From assembly GCA_963782665.1 (NCBI GenBank), contig CAWAKP010000007.1, positions 7,909 through 71,908 on the forward strand: a stretch of 64,000 nucleotides of DNA, in the 5' to 3' direction. Positions 53,732 through 63,614 of this stretch are shown piece by piece. The position numbers and the translations under genes are program-made. Position 1 is the first letter of the stretch; the number at the start of each line of letters is the position of its first letter. Source of the DNA: an uncultured Actinomycetota bacterium (lineage in GTDB: Bacteria; Actinomycetota; Actinomycetes; S36-B12; CAIYMF01). Below the pieces are notes generated by a model, which saw nothing but the letters and a program-made list of their open reading frames with translations, did no database searches and had not been told where the DNA came from.

Positions 53732-54766
53732 TCAGCCCGGGCCGGGGGCGGCGCCGTGGGCCGCGGCGAGCACCGTGACCGCGCGCAGCGTGACCCACTT
53801 CGAGGTCGAACCTTGGCGCTCGATGTCGACAGTGGTCTTGCCGTTGTACGCGTGCCGGTTGCGCCACCGTCCGGGCTCCACCTGCTGGTCGAGCAACCAG
53901 CTGAGGGCGTGCGCCGCACGCGGGTCACGCAGCCGGTCGAGCTCGGCGAGGACCTCCAGGGTCTGCAGCACGTCGGTCACGTACGCCACCGGGAAGCCCA
54001 GCGCGAACCAAGCGCGCGAGGGCTTGCCCGAGTAGGAGGGGAACGGGTAGTCGGCGACGGCCGGATCGCGTCCGAGCAGGAACTCGACCCCCTGCTCGAT
54101 CGCGCTGACCACGAGAGGGCTGCGCCGCGCCTGCGGGACCCGGGCCAGGGCGAGCAGCTCCTTGACCGCACCCCAGGCGCAGGGCTGCTTCTCGTTGGCA
54201 CCACAGGCGAAGCCCGGCCCACTGGTCCCGGAGGCGTACCAGCGGGCGACGTCACGTCCGGTGATGGTTCGGGCGGCCCAGTCCACCGCCGCCTCCACGC
54301 GCGGGTCGTCCCCGAACCCGAACCCGATCAGGGCGCGCACCAGGTTCCCGTTGAGGCAGTGGATGGCACTCGACGGCGGTGGCGGGACGCCTTCTTTCGC
54401 TCCGGAAGCCCCCATCCCGCCCGTGATCGCGGGGGTCCGGTTCAGCACGTACTCGCAGGCTCGAACGATCCGTTCGTCGGCCGGTTCCGCCCCGAGCTGG
54501 TCGAGGAAGATGAGCTGCCAGACCGTCCCCTGGTACTTCGGCTGATAGCCGGCACCGGCCTTGACCCAGAATCCCGCGGGGTTCTGCGCGGCCAGGATCG
54601 CCCTGATGGGATCGGCCGACATGGCGGCCGCGCGGGCGGCCACGACCTCTGGGTCGTCACGCGGCACACCGAGCAACCGGACGAGCGTGGCGGCTCGCAC
54701 GGCAGGATCCTGCGGTTCGAGCAGCCACGCTCGCGGGTCGTCATCCAGAAGGTCTAGCCAGCTCAT
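53732..54766 (-). CDS. prenyltransferase/squalene-oxidase-repeat-like (alpha-alpha toroid) protein
   Basis: ATG 54766. Repeated aromatic-rich helical hairpins (..GFWV..YQGTVWQLIFL.., ..QPCAWGAVKELLAL..). Assignment by family resemblance only. Confidence 0.45.
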   Translation of the reverse strand: MSWLDLLDDDPRAWLLEPQDPAVRAATLVRLLGVPRDDPEVVAARAAAMSADPIRAILAAQNPAGFWVKAGAGYQPKYQGTVWQLIFLDQLGAEPADERIVRACEYVLNRTPAITGGMGASGAKEGVPPPPSSAIHCLNGNLVRALIGFGFGDDPRVEAAVDWAARTITGRDVARWYASGTSGPGFACGANEKQPCAWGAVKELLALARVPQARRSPLVVSAIEQGVEFLLGRDPAVADYPFPSYSGKPSRAWFALGFPVAYVTDVLQTLEVLAELDRLRDPRAAHALSWLLDQQVEPGRWRNRHAYNGKTTVDIERQGSTSKWVTLRAVTVLAAAHGAAPGPG

Positions 54767-54951
54767 ACGCCACCCCGAGCAGAACGTGGGCAACCACGTC
54801 CAGCGTAGGGGCCACGCGTGGCGGCACGCGCGGCCGCTGTGTCCGTCCGGTTCGCGCTGACGATGGCACGGACTCAGCGCCGGGTGCGGTCTAGGCTGAG
54901 ACTGCGAGCGCGGGCTGACACCCCGTCGTGCCACGCGCCCGGAGGCGCACC

Positions 54952-55915
54952 ATGGCAACCGCAGCGATCCGCACCGTGGGACTCACCAAGCACTTCGGCA
55001 GCGTGGTCGCACTCGACGGGCTGGACCTGGAAGTCGCTCAGGGCGAGATCTTCGGCTTCCTCGGGCCCAACGGTGCAGGGAAGTCCACGACGATCAGAGC
55101 TCCTGCTGGGCCTGCTGCGGCCGACGCGCGGAGAGGCCTGGTTGTCGGGCATTCCCGGTCACGGACGTCGAGCGCGCTCATGCGTCGATCGGCTACGTGC
55201 CCGGGGACGTGTCGCTTGTGGCCGAGCCTGACCGGTGAGGAGATCCTCGCACTTGCTCGGCAACCTGTCGGGCAACGTCGACACCCGTGCTGCGCGACGA
55301 GCTGATCGAGCGCCTCGACGTCGACCCGAACCGGCGAGCCCGCTCGTACTCGAAGGGGAACCGGCAGAAGATCGCGCTCGTCGCCGCGTTCATGACGCAG
55401 CCCGGACATCCTGCTGCTGGACGAGCCGACCGTCGGGCTCGACCCGTTGATGGAAGCGGAGTTCCAGGCCCTGACGCGCGAGGCAGCGGCCGGCGGCCAG
55501 ACCGTGTTCCTGTCCTCGCACCTGCTCGACGAGGTCGAGGACGTCTGCGGTCGCGTGGCGATCCTGCGGGCCGGAGTCGCTGGTCGAGGTCGCAGCGCTC
55601 GAGGACCTGCGACGGCTCACCGCCACGGTGCTCGAGGCATCGTCTGGACGGGCCGGTGCCGATCCTCGACGACCTGGACGGCGTGCTCGGCGTCGAGCCG
55701 ATGGACGGCGGAGTGCGGGTCACCGTGAGCGGCGTCACCCGGCGACGTCCTCGACCCGGCTCGGCACGGCCGGCATCACCCGGCTGCAGAGCCACGCGCC
55801 GACCCTCGAGCAGATCTTCCTGAGCTACTACGAGACCAGCGCCACGCAGCGGGACGCGGTCGCCGCGGCGCACGGTGCGTCCGCGCCCTTGGTCTGCGGG
55901 AGGCGACGGGTCATG
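54952..55915 (+). pseudogene. ABC transporter ATP-binding gene disrupted by about nine frameshifts
   Basis: GGAGG+ATG 54952. Conserved segments lie in alternating frames: [12 protein letters not shown] / [19 protein letters not shown] / [19 protein letters not shown] / [13 protein letters not shown] / [11 protein letters not shown] / [38 protein letters not shown] / DILLLDEPTVGLDPLMEAEF..AILRAG / LVEVAALEDLRRL / LDGPVPILDDLDGV / ITRLQSHAPTLEQIFLSYYE. Confidence 0.8.
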
Positions 55916-57634
55916 AGCGCCCGACGCATGCGCACGCACGTCACGCCCGCCGAGAGTCCGGACGCAGGACTCCGCCCACGCGAGCTGCATCAGGCCGTCG
56001 CCACCGTGCCGACCGTCGGCAGGAGCGCGCGACCGCGGCGCGCGATCGCGGCGCTCACCGTCCGGCAGACCCGGCGCGCCACCGCGCTGCGTGATGATCG
56101 GCAGGCGTCGCGTACATGGGATTGGAGGTCGTGAGCTTCCGCACCGCCTACCCCGAACGGGGTCTCGCCGCTGCAGTTCCAGATGTTCGAGGACAACCCG
56201 GCGATCCGGATGATGCAGGGCGTCCCGGTCGCCCTGGACACCCCGGGCGGCTTCGCGGTGTGGGACGGCGGCTGGGTCATCCAGCTCATCCTCGCGGTGT
56301 GGGCCATCCTGACCACGACTCGGCTGCTCCGCGGTGAAGAGGACCTGGAACGCACCGACCTGCTGCTCGCCGGTCCGGTGCGTGCGTCGACCGCGACGAT
56401 CACCGTCTTGTCGGTGCGTCGGTTGCCGCCGCGCGGTGCTGCTCGGATCGGTCGTCGCGGTCACGATGGCGCGTCAGCGGGACCAGGCGTCACCGGGTCG
56501 CTCCTGCTCGGGGCGGCGCTCGCCGGGGTCACGGCGACGTTCGTCGCGGCCGCGGCAATCTGCCTCGCAGCTCGTTGACGTGCGCCGGCGGGCTGCCGCA
56601 CTCACCGCAGGCGTCCTCGCGGTCTCCTACGTGCTGCGGATGGTCGGCAACAGCACCGACGCTCGCTCTGGGTGCGCTGGTTCACCCCGCTGGGTTGGCT
56701 CGACCAGCTCAAGCCCTACGGCGACCCGGACCTGCGCGCCCTCATCCCGCTCGTCGTCGTCCCGGTGCTGCTCGCGGTCGCTGGCGGTGCTGCTCCGGGC
56801 GCGCCGGGACACCGGCGGCGCCCTGCGTGTCGCGCGAGTCGGGACGCGCCGCCCATCTGCGCTACCTCGGCGGACCGACGGCATTCGCGTGGCGGAGCAA
56901 TCGCGGTGTGCTGCTCGGCTGGGCGGCAGGCCTCGGCGGTGTTCGCCATCGTGATGGGCGCGCTGATCGGCACGATGATCGAGTGGCTCGCCGGTGACGC
57001 AGTCCTACCAGCAGCTGCATGGCCTCCATCGGCCTCGACGCAGCCCTGACCTCCCTCGGGTTCCTCGCGATGATGGGATCGATGTTCGGCGTCGCCGTCG
57101 GGCTCCAGGTCGCCTGGAGGATCGGGCTCGGCGCGCGCCGAGGAGGAGTCCGGTCGGGCAGCGACGATCCTGGCGGGACCGGTGTCGCGGCTGCGCTGGC
57201 TCGGCGGCCATGCGGCGCTCGCGTTCCTCGGCGGACTGCTGCTGATCGTGGTCAGCGGAGCCGCACTCTGGGTCGGCGTGATCCTCTCGGGGGCGGGCGG
57301 GATCACCTTCGACGACGCGATGAAGTCGGTGCTCAACACCGTGCCCGTCGTCGTGCTCATCGGCGGTCTGGCGGTTGCGTGCTTCGGGCTGCTGCCGCGG
57401 GCGACCACCGCGGTACCGGTGACCCTGACCGTCGTCCTGTTCGTGCTGGCCATGCTCGGACCGGCCCTGCACTGGCCGGCGTGGGTGCTCAACCTGTCAC
57501 CCTTCACCCACCTCGCGTGGGTCCCGATGACCCCATGGGCCGCCACGTCCGGGGTCGTGATGACCCTGATCGGACTGGTACTGCTGATGATCGGCCTTGT
57601 CGCGTTCCAGCGCCGCGACATCACCGAGGGCTAG
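55913..57634 (+). pseudogene. ABC-2-type exporter permease gene disrupted by ten or more frameshifts
   Basis: Recognisable permease segments (FEDNPAIRMMQGVPVALDTPGGFAVWDGGWVIQLILAVW.., RWFTPLGWLDQLKPYGD.., AVFAIVMGALIGTMIEWLAGD, MASIGLDAALTSLGFLAMMGS.., last 150 aa intact) are scattered over all three frames. 5' boundary approximate. Confidence 0.7.
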
Positions 57635-57669
57635 GACACGGGGTCGGCGCGATGGGAGCTCCCTGACGC

Positions 57670-57777
57670 TCATGCCCGCCCAGGGCCGAACGCCAGGTGG
57701 CCGACGATCAGTAGACCGACTGCGACGAGCACGACAACGATCGACTGCAGCACTCGCGTCAGGATCCGACTCCCCAT
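57670..57777 (-). CDS. possible 35-aa single-TM peptide
   Basis: GGGAGG 7 nt upstream of ATG 57777. MGSRILTRVLQSIVVVLVAVGLLIVGHLAFGPGRA. Confidence 0.3.
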   Translation of the reverse strand: MGSRILTRVLQSIVVVLVAVGLLIVGHLAFGPGRA

Positions 57778-57973
57778 GAGTGTGCCTCCCACCGTCGAGC
57801 CGTTGGCTGAACCGGAGCGCCCTACGATCAGTGGATCGCAGACGGGGCGAAGGTGCCGGTACCATGACGCTGATGTCCCACCGGCTGCCCTGGGCGTCCA
57901 CTTCCGGCGTAGAACGGTCCGATACCACGGCGAGACGCGCACTAATCGGGGGCGCGGGCCAGTGGGAGGGCAC

Positions 57974-59029
57974 ATGAGCGACCGGTCGAACCGCCTCGTC
58001 GTGCCGCCCAAGGCTCGGCCCGGCGATCGCGTCGCTGTGGTGTCGCCGTCGTGGGCCGGCCCGGGCGTGTTCCCCGCGGTGCACGAGATCGGGATGCGGG
58101 TGCTGCGCGACGAGCTGGACGTGATCCCCGTCGAGTTCCCGACGACGCGACAGGTCGACGCGACGCCGCAGGAGCGTGCCCGTGACCTGATGGCGGCGTT
58201 CTCGGATCCGACGATCACGGCCGTACTGGCGACGATCGGTGGTGACGACGAGATCGCCGTCCTCCCCCACCTCGACCCGTCGGTGTTCGTGGCCAACCCG
58301 AAGCCCTTCGCGGGGTACTCGGACAACACCAACCTGCTCAACTGGCTGTGGAACCTCGGAATCGTCAGCTATCACGGCGGTTCCACGATGGTGCACCTCG
58401 CTCGCCCGGGCGGCACGCACCCGGTGTCGGTCGAGTCGCTGCGGCGCGCACTGTTCACCACGGACACCGTCGAGCTGGAGCCCGTCGCGGAGTTCACCGA
58501 CCTGCACGCGGTCTGGGCCAGGCCCTCGACGCTCGACGGCGCGCTGCCGATGACTCCCGAGCCGGGGTGGTCGTGGCACAACGTCGACCAGGTCGTCACC
58601 GGGCCGACGTGGGGCGGCAACCTCGAGATCCTGCACTGGAACCTTGCGGCCGACCGGTGGATCCGCCCGGTCGACGACTACGCCGGATGCGTCCTGCTGC
58701 TCGAGACGTCCGAGGAGATGCCGGCGTCGGAGGAGGTCTACCGGATGCTGCGCAACATGGGCGAGCGTGGACTTCTCGCGCAGTTCCCGGCTGTCGTCGT
58801 GGGCAAGCCGAAGGCGTGGGACTCCGCGATCGACCAACCTGAGGCTGCGAGGACCGCCTACCGCGCGGACCAGTACGCCGCGGTGCGCCGCGCACTCGCG
58901 CAGTACAACCCCACGACGCTGCTGGTGTGCGGCCCGGACTTCGGCCACACCGACCCGCAGTACGTGGTCCCGTTCGGGGGTCGAATGACGGTGGACGGTC
59001 GCTCCCGCCGCATCACCATGACCTACTGA
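57974..59029 (+). CDS. S66-family LD-carboxypeptidase (MccF-like)
   Basis: GGGAGGG upstream of ATG 57974. PGDRVAVVSPS, nucleophile motif GYSDNT, C-terminal His/Glu region. Confidence 0.8.
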   Translation: MSDRSNRLVVPPKARPGDRVAVVSPSWAGPGVFPAVHEIGMRVLRDELDVIPVEFPTTRQVDATPQERARDLMAAFSDPTITAVLATIGGDDEIAVLPHLDPSVFVANPKPFAGYSDNTNLLNWLWNLGIVSYHGGSTMVHLARPGGTHPVSVESLRRALFTTDTVELEPVAEFTDLHAVWARPSTLDGALPMTPEPGWSWHNVDQVVTGPTWGGNLEILHWNLAADRWIRPVDDYAGCVLLLETSEEMPASEEVYRMLRNMGERGLLAQFPAVVVGKPKAWDSAIDQPEAARTAYRADQYAAVRRALAQYNPTTLLVCGPDFGHTDPQYVVPFGGRMTVDGRSRRITMTY

Positions 59030-59208
59030 GGAGCGGCGCGACGTCGCGGGGCAAGGCGTCTGCAGAACTCCTCGCGGCGTCATCGTTGCAGGTCACGGAG
59101 GGTTCGCCTGGTACTACGACCAAGGTCTGATGGTGCGCGCGACCCCGACTCCCGTCTGATGGGGACCAGTCGAGCCGACCCGGCTCAATCCACCACAGGG
59201 AGAACGTC

Positions 59209-59712
59209 ATGAGCCGCCTCACCATCTTCGTCACCGCCGTCGCCATCGCCGCCGTCCCCGCGGCCTTCGGGCTGGCCGGCAACTCCTCCTTCGCCCAGGG
59301 CGTCCCGGTCCGGGTCCCGGCCCACGCGACCCTGCTCAGCGACGACGGCACCGCCCCGAGCGCCGAGCCGGGCGACGACAGGTCCGCCACGCCGAGCGCC
59401 ACACCCGGTGCCGACGACAGGGGCGGCGCGACCGCGCACGCCGAGCCGGGCGACGACAAGGGCGGCGCGACCGCGCACGCCGAGCCCGGCGACGACAAGG
59501 GCAGCGCGACCGCGCACGCCGAGCCGGGCGACGACAAGGGCGGCGTCGCCACGACGACGAAGGCGTCCGACGACGCCACTCGCCACCCCTCGAGCAGCGC
59601 GACGCGCACCGCCTCGGCTTCGCCCTCGGACGACAAGGGTGGACACTCGGGGAGCGGCAGCAGCGGCAGCGGTCGCCACGGCGGAAGCAATGACGGCACC
59701 GGCCACCAGTGA
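59209..59712 (+). CDS. secreted repetitive Asp/Gly/His-rich protein
   Basis: Signal peptide MSRLTIFVTAVAIAAVPAAFGLAG. Three ATAHAEPGDDKGG repeats. Gly/Ser/His-rich tail. Confidence 0.6.
   Translation: MSRLTIFVTAVAIAAVPAAFGLAGNSSFAQGVPVRVPAHATLLSDDGTAPSAEPGDDRSATPSATPGADDRGGATAHAEPGDDKGGATAHAEPGDDKGSATAHAEPGDDKGGVATTTKASDDATRHPSSSATRTASASPSDDKGGHSGSGSSGSGRHGGSNDGTGHQ
59422..59538 (+). repeat. 3 x 39-bp tandem repeat inside 59209..59712
   Basis: GGCGGCGCGACCGCGCACGCCGAGCCGGGCGACGACAAG repeated at 59422, 59461 and 59500, with one substitution each in the second and third units. Confidence 0.85.
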
Positions 59713-59745
59713 TCCAGGCACCGACCCCGACCTCGTAGGACCCAC

Positions 59746-61179
59746 GTGACCACGCGATCTGACGACAGCACCGCCGGCCGCACCCCGCGCCCGGCGGTGC
59801 CGTCGCGCGCTGACGACGCCCCGCGCCACTGGGTCACGCTCGTCGACGGACCCGCGGGCGCCGACCTCGTCGGTCCGCCGCTGCGGATGCGCCGCGTCTT
59901 CCTGCAGCTCGTCGCCGCTGCGCTCGTGGTGCTCGCCGTCGTTGCCGTCGGCGGTGCGTACGCCAGCCGCAACGTCGCCGAGCGCGAGGCGGTGAACGAC
60001 GCCGCGGTCATGACCGACCTGCTCGCCGAGTCGACGGTGCAGCCGGCCATCGAGAACGGTCTGCTGACCGGATCGGCCGATGCCTACGCGCGGCTCGACA
60101 AGGTCGTACGAGCGCACGTCCTCGGCCCGTCGGTCGTCCGGGTGAAGATCTGGACGCCCGACGGCACGGTCGTCTACTCGGACGAACCGCGCGTGGTCGG
60201 CTCGAGGTTCGACCTCGGCGACGACGAACGTGAGGTGCTGGCCACGGCCACCACCCGTGCGGAGGTCAGCGATCTGTCCAAGCCGGAGAACCGGTTCGAG
60301 TCACAGGACAGCAAGCTGCTCGAGGTGTACCGGCCGGTGTGGACGCCGGGCGGGTCGCCGCTGCTGTTCGAGACCTACCTGCCCTACGACACCGTGGCGT
60401 CGCGCACCGGCGCGCTGTGGCGCGGATTCGCCGGGATCACCGTGACGAGCCTGCTTCTGCTGCTCGTGCTCATGCTGCCGATCATCTGGCGGCTGCTCGA
60501 TCGCGTGCAGGCGGTGCAGAACCAGCGGGTCGCGCTCCTCGAGCACGCGGTCGACGCATCGACTGCCGAGCGCAGCCGGATCGCCGCCACCCTGCACGAC
60601 GGGGTCGTGCAGGAGCTGGCCGCGGCGTCGTTCGCGGTGTCGGGCGCGGCCGAGAAGGCTGACACCGACGGACAGGGCGACCTCGCCCGCATGCTCCGCA
60701 GCGCGGCGTCAGCAGTGCGCGGCACGATCGGCGGGCTGCGCTCGCTGCTCGTCGACATCTATCCGCCCAGCCTGTCGTCGTCCGGGCTCGCGGCTGTGCT
60801 GTCCGACCTCGCGACGACCGCGCGCACGCGCGACATCGAGGTCGAACTCGTTCTCCCGCCCGGCGACCGGACCGGTCTCGACGAGGACGGCGAGAGGCTC
60901 GTCTATCGCGTTGCGCAGGAGTGCCTGCGCAACGCCACCAAGCATGCTGCGGCGAGCCGCGTCGTGATGGAGCTGACGACGTCGGGATCCGACGTCGTGC
61001 TCACGGTGACCGACGACGGGAAGGGCTTCGTGGCGCAGGACGTGCTCGACAACCCGCCGGAGGGCCACTTCGGCGTGCAGGTGATGACCGATCTCGCCGC
61101 GCGCTCGGGCGCGCGGCTCGAGCTCGCGTCCGAGCCGGGTCACGGGACCAGCTGGCGTCTGACGGTGCCGCGGTCGTGA
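59746..61179 (+). CDS. sensor histidine kinase (HisKA_3) with extracytoplasmic sensor domain
   Basis: GTG start. Two TM segments flanking a ~170-aa loop, H-box ERSRIAATLHDGVVQEL, HATPase_c. Confidence 0.85.
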   Translation: MTTRSDDSTAGRTPRPAVPSRADDAPRHWVTLVDGPAGADLVGPPLRMRRVFLQLVAAALVVLAVVAVGGAYASRNVAEREAVNDAAVMTDLLAESTVQPAIENGLLTGSADAYARLDKVVRAHVLGPSVVRVKIWTPDGTVVYSDEPRVVGSRFDLGDDEREVLATATTRAEVSDLSKPENRFESQDSKLLEVYRPVWTPGGSPLLFETYLPYDTVASRTGALWRGFAGITVTSLLLLLVLMLPIIWRLLDRVQAVQNQRVALLEHAVDASTAERSRIAATLHDGVVQELAAASFAVSGAAEKADTDGQGDLARMLRSAASAVRGTIGGLRSLLVDIYPPSLSSSGLAAVLSDLATTARTRDIEVELVLPPGDRTGLDEDGERLVYRVAQECLRNATKHAAASRVVMELTTSGSDVVLTVTDDGKGFVAQDVLDNPPEGHFGVQVMTDLAARSGARLELASEPGHGTSWRLTVPRS

Positions 61180-61799
61180 CGAGCGTGCTGGTGGTCGACG
61201 ACCACGCGATGGTCCGCTCCGGGCTCACGGTGCTCATCGACGCCACCGGGGACCTGCACGTCGTGGGCGAGGCCGCGGACGGTCGGCAGGCCGTCGCGCT
61301 GGCCGCGGACCTCGCGCCCGACGTCGTCCTCATGGATCTGTCGATGCCGGGGATGGACGGCGTCGAGGCGACGCGCGAGCTGCTGCGCCAACGTCCGGAC
61401 AGCGTCGTCGTGGTGCTCACGTCGTTCTCCGACCAGCCGCGCGTCGCCGAGGCTCTCAAGGCCGGCGCTGTGGGCTACCTGCTGAAGGACTGCGACCCGC
61501 GCGACCTGATCGCCGCGATCCGGTCCGCCGCCGAGGGGCACGCGCCGCTCGACCCGCGCGTGGCGCGCGCGCTGCTGCCGAGCACGACGTCGGCGTCGCC
61601 CGCGGACGGCCTGAGCGCGCGCGAGAAGGATGTCCTGCGACTCGTGGCGCAGGGGCTCGCCAACAAGCAGGTGGGCACGCGCCTGGGCATCAGCGAACGC
61701 ACGGTGAAGGCGCACCTGGGGAGGGTGTTCCGCGAGATCGGCGTCCAGGACCGCACGAGCGCGACGCTGTGGGCCCAGGAGCACTTGCCGGCGGAGTGA
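61176..61799 (+). CDS. NarL/LuxR-family response regulator
   Basis: GTG 61176 overlaps the kinase stop (GTGA). VLVVDDHAMVR.., LuxR HTH LSAREKDVLRLVAQGLANKQVGTRLGISERTVKAHL. Confidence 0.9.
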   Translation: MTSVLVVDDHAMVRSGLTVLIDATGDLHVVGEAADGRQAVALAADLAPDVVLMDLSMPGMDGVEATRELLRQRPDSVVVVLTSFSDQPRVAEALKAGAVGYLLKDCDPRDLIAAIRSAAEGHAPLDPRVARALLPSTTSASPADGLSAREKDVLRLVAQGLANKQVGTRLGISERTVKAHLGRVFREIGVQDRTSATLWAQEHLPAE

Positions 61800-61841
61800 T
61801 CGTCACGCCGTGCGGCGACCGCACGCTCGTCGGTGGAGGTC

Positions 61842-62876
61842 TCACGCGTCCAGGACGATCGCGGTCGTGACGGCGTCGAGGGCACGCGGGTCGGCGGTGC
61901 GCCGGTGGACGTCGAGCGCGGTGTCGGCGAGCTTGACGATGTGCTCGCCGCCGTTGCGCACGGCGCGCTCCCAGACGTCGTCCGCGTCGTCGACGCCGTC
62001 GGTTGCAGGACACGCGGCCTCCGCCGGGAGGTACGCCGCGAGCACCGCGGACGTCGCTGCCCACGCCGCGTCGAAGCTCGGCCGCCACAGGCCCCGCGGG
62101 AGGGACGGCAGCGTGCGAGCAACGGCGTTCGGCGCGGTGGCGGCGTGCACGAGCATCGTCGGATTCCCGACAGCGATGGTCGGGTAGGCGAGGACCACGG
62201 CGTCGACGAGGGCGTCGAGCCGCGGCGGCACGTCGTCGTCGGACATCGGGGCGCGCAGTCGCTCGCCGTGCTCCGCCCAGCCTGCCGTCGACGGCAGCTG
62301 CGCGAGACGCTCGCGGATGCCGCCGTTCTGCCGAGCCACACGGGGAACCGACGCGACGAGCGCGTCGGCGTCCGCCGAGCCGTGCGGGTTCGGCACCGGC
62401 ACCTGCTGCCAGCGGGCGGCCCAGTAGCCGAGGGCGTGCGCGAGCTCGAGTCGTCGCGGCTCGGTCTCCTCCGCACGCAGCGCGCGGGTGGCGTGCCCGA
62501 CGCGGATCACGCCGTGGGTGGCGCCGGCGGCGATGCCCGGGAGCAGCACCGGCCACCACTCGACGAGGAGGTCGGTCCACGGCTGCTCGTCGACACGCTC
62601 GGTGAAGTAGGCGATCCAGTCGGCCAGCCGACGCGGGTCGCCGAGGGCCTCGCGGGTGTCCGTGACCGGACCGCTCGCGCGCGGGAGGCTTTCGAGGCGA
62701 CGTGCGTAGGAGTCGACCCACGCGTGGACGGACGCGCCTGCGCCGTGGTGCGTCAGGGCCTCGACGGCCATGGGTCCATGGTTGGACAACCAGCCCTCGA
62801 ACTCGGGGCCGGTGCGGTGAAGGCGCTCGAGGGCCTCGTCGTACGTGCCGGTGTCGATGCTCGTGTCGATGCTCAT
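61842..62876 (-). CDS. questin-oxidase-like (DUF4243) family protein
   Basis: Family-typical N-terminus ..YDEALERLHRTGPEFEGWLSNHGPMAVEAL... ATG 62876 chosen because it lies 7 nt after the predicted -10 (leaderless). Confidence 0.6.
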   Translation of the reverse strand: MSIDTSIDTGTYDEALERLHRTGPEFEGWLSNHGPMAVEALTHHGAGASVHAWVDSYARRLESLPRASGPVTDTREALGDPRRLADWIAYFTERVDEQPWTDLLVEWWPVLLPGIAAGATHGVIRVGHATRALRAEETEPRRLELAHALGYWAARWQQVPVPNPHGSADADALVASVPRVARQNGGIRERLAQLPSTAGWAEHGERLRAPMSDDDVPPRLDALVDAVVLAYPTIAVGNPTMLVHAATAPNAVARTLPSLPRGLWRPSFDAAWAATSAVLAAYLPAEAACPATDGVDDADDVWERAVRNGGEHIVKLADTALDVHRRTADPRALDAVTTAIVLDA

Positions 62877-62882
62877 GGCATG

Positions 62883-62913
62883 ATTGCAGGACATCAAGTG
62901 GACTTGAGGTCAA
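62883..62913 (-). promoter_or_regulatory. SoxR-type promoter: -35 TTGACC, 19-nt spacer containing SoxR box, -10 TGCAAT
   Basis: Minus strand reads TTGACC-TCAAGTCCACTTGATGTCC-TGCAAT. The 18-mer CCTCAAGTCCACTTGATG (62892..62909) matches the SoxR box CCTCAAGTTAACTTGAGG at 15/18. Confidence 0.65.
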
Positions 62914-62916
62914 GCC

Positions 62917-63378
62917 GTGAAGACGACGGATCTGCTGAGCATCGGCGAGGTCGCCCATCGAAGCGGTCTCGCACCGAGTGCGTTGCGCTACTACGAGACG
63001 CTCGGGCTCATCACGAGCAGTCGTACGGTCGGCGACCGACGTCGCTACCCGCGATCGGTGCTGCGCCGCCTCGCGGTGATCCGTTCGGCGCAGAACGTCG
63101 GCCTCACCCTCGACGAGGTCACGGAAGCCCTCGCGGAACTCGCCCCCGACGCAGCGCCGACGAAACGGCAGTGGTCGCGGATCTCGGCGACCTGGCGGCC
63201 GCTGCTCGACAAGCGGATCGCCGACCTCGTCGCCGTCCGCGACAACCTCGACAGCTGCATCGGGTGCGGCTGCCTGTCGATGCGGCAGTGCACGCTGTTC
63301 AATCCGCAGGACGAGCTGGCCGCGACCGGCATCGGTCCGCGGCGCAAGGTCGCGATCCTCGACGAGGACGACGACTGA
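62917..63378 (+). CDS. soxR: redox-sensitive MerR-family activator SoxR
   Basis: MerR HTH LSIGEVAHRSGLAPSALRYYE and the [2Fe-2S] cluster motif CIGCGCLSMRQCTLFNP. Confidence 0.9.
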   Translation: MKTTDLLSIGEVAHRSGLAPSALRYYETLGLITSSRTVGDRRRYPRSVLRRLAVIRSAQNVGLTLDEVTEALAELAPDAAPTKRQWSRISATWRPLLDKRIADLVAVRDNLDSCIGCGCLSMRQCTLFNPQDELAATGIGPRRKVAILDEDDD

Positions 63379-63413
63379 GTCGAGCATCGTGCGGCTCCGC
63401 CGGACATGCCGGG

Positions 63414-63614
63414 TCAGACCGGGGCGACGGCCAGCGCGGCGAACCACAGCACGAGGGTGCCGACGGCGCCGACCCCGAGCGTCAGCGACCGGACCACCCA
63501 GGTCGGGTGCCACTCGCTGGGGTGACGGGCCGCCATGACGGCTGCCGCGATGGCTCCGGCGACGAGAGCGGTGAGGGCAAGGCCGAACAGCAGGTCGATG
63601 CTCATCGAGCTCAT
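63414..63614 (-). CDS. small two-TM membrane protein
   Basis: GAAGGAG upstream of ATG 63614. 66 aa, hydrophobic (LLFGLALTALVAGAIAAAVMA.., LTLGVGAVGTLVLWFAALAV). Confidence 0.5.
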   Translation of the reverse strand: MSSMSIDLLFGLALTALVAGAIAAAVMAARHPSEWHPTWVVRSLTLGVGAVGTLVLWFAALAVAPV

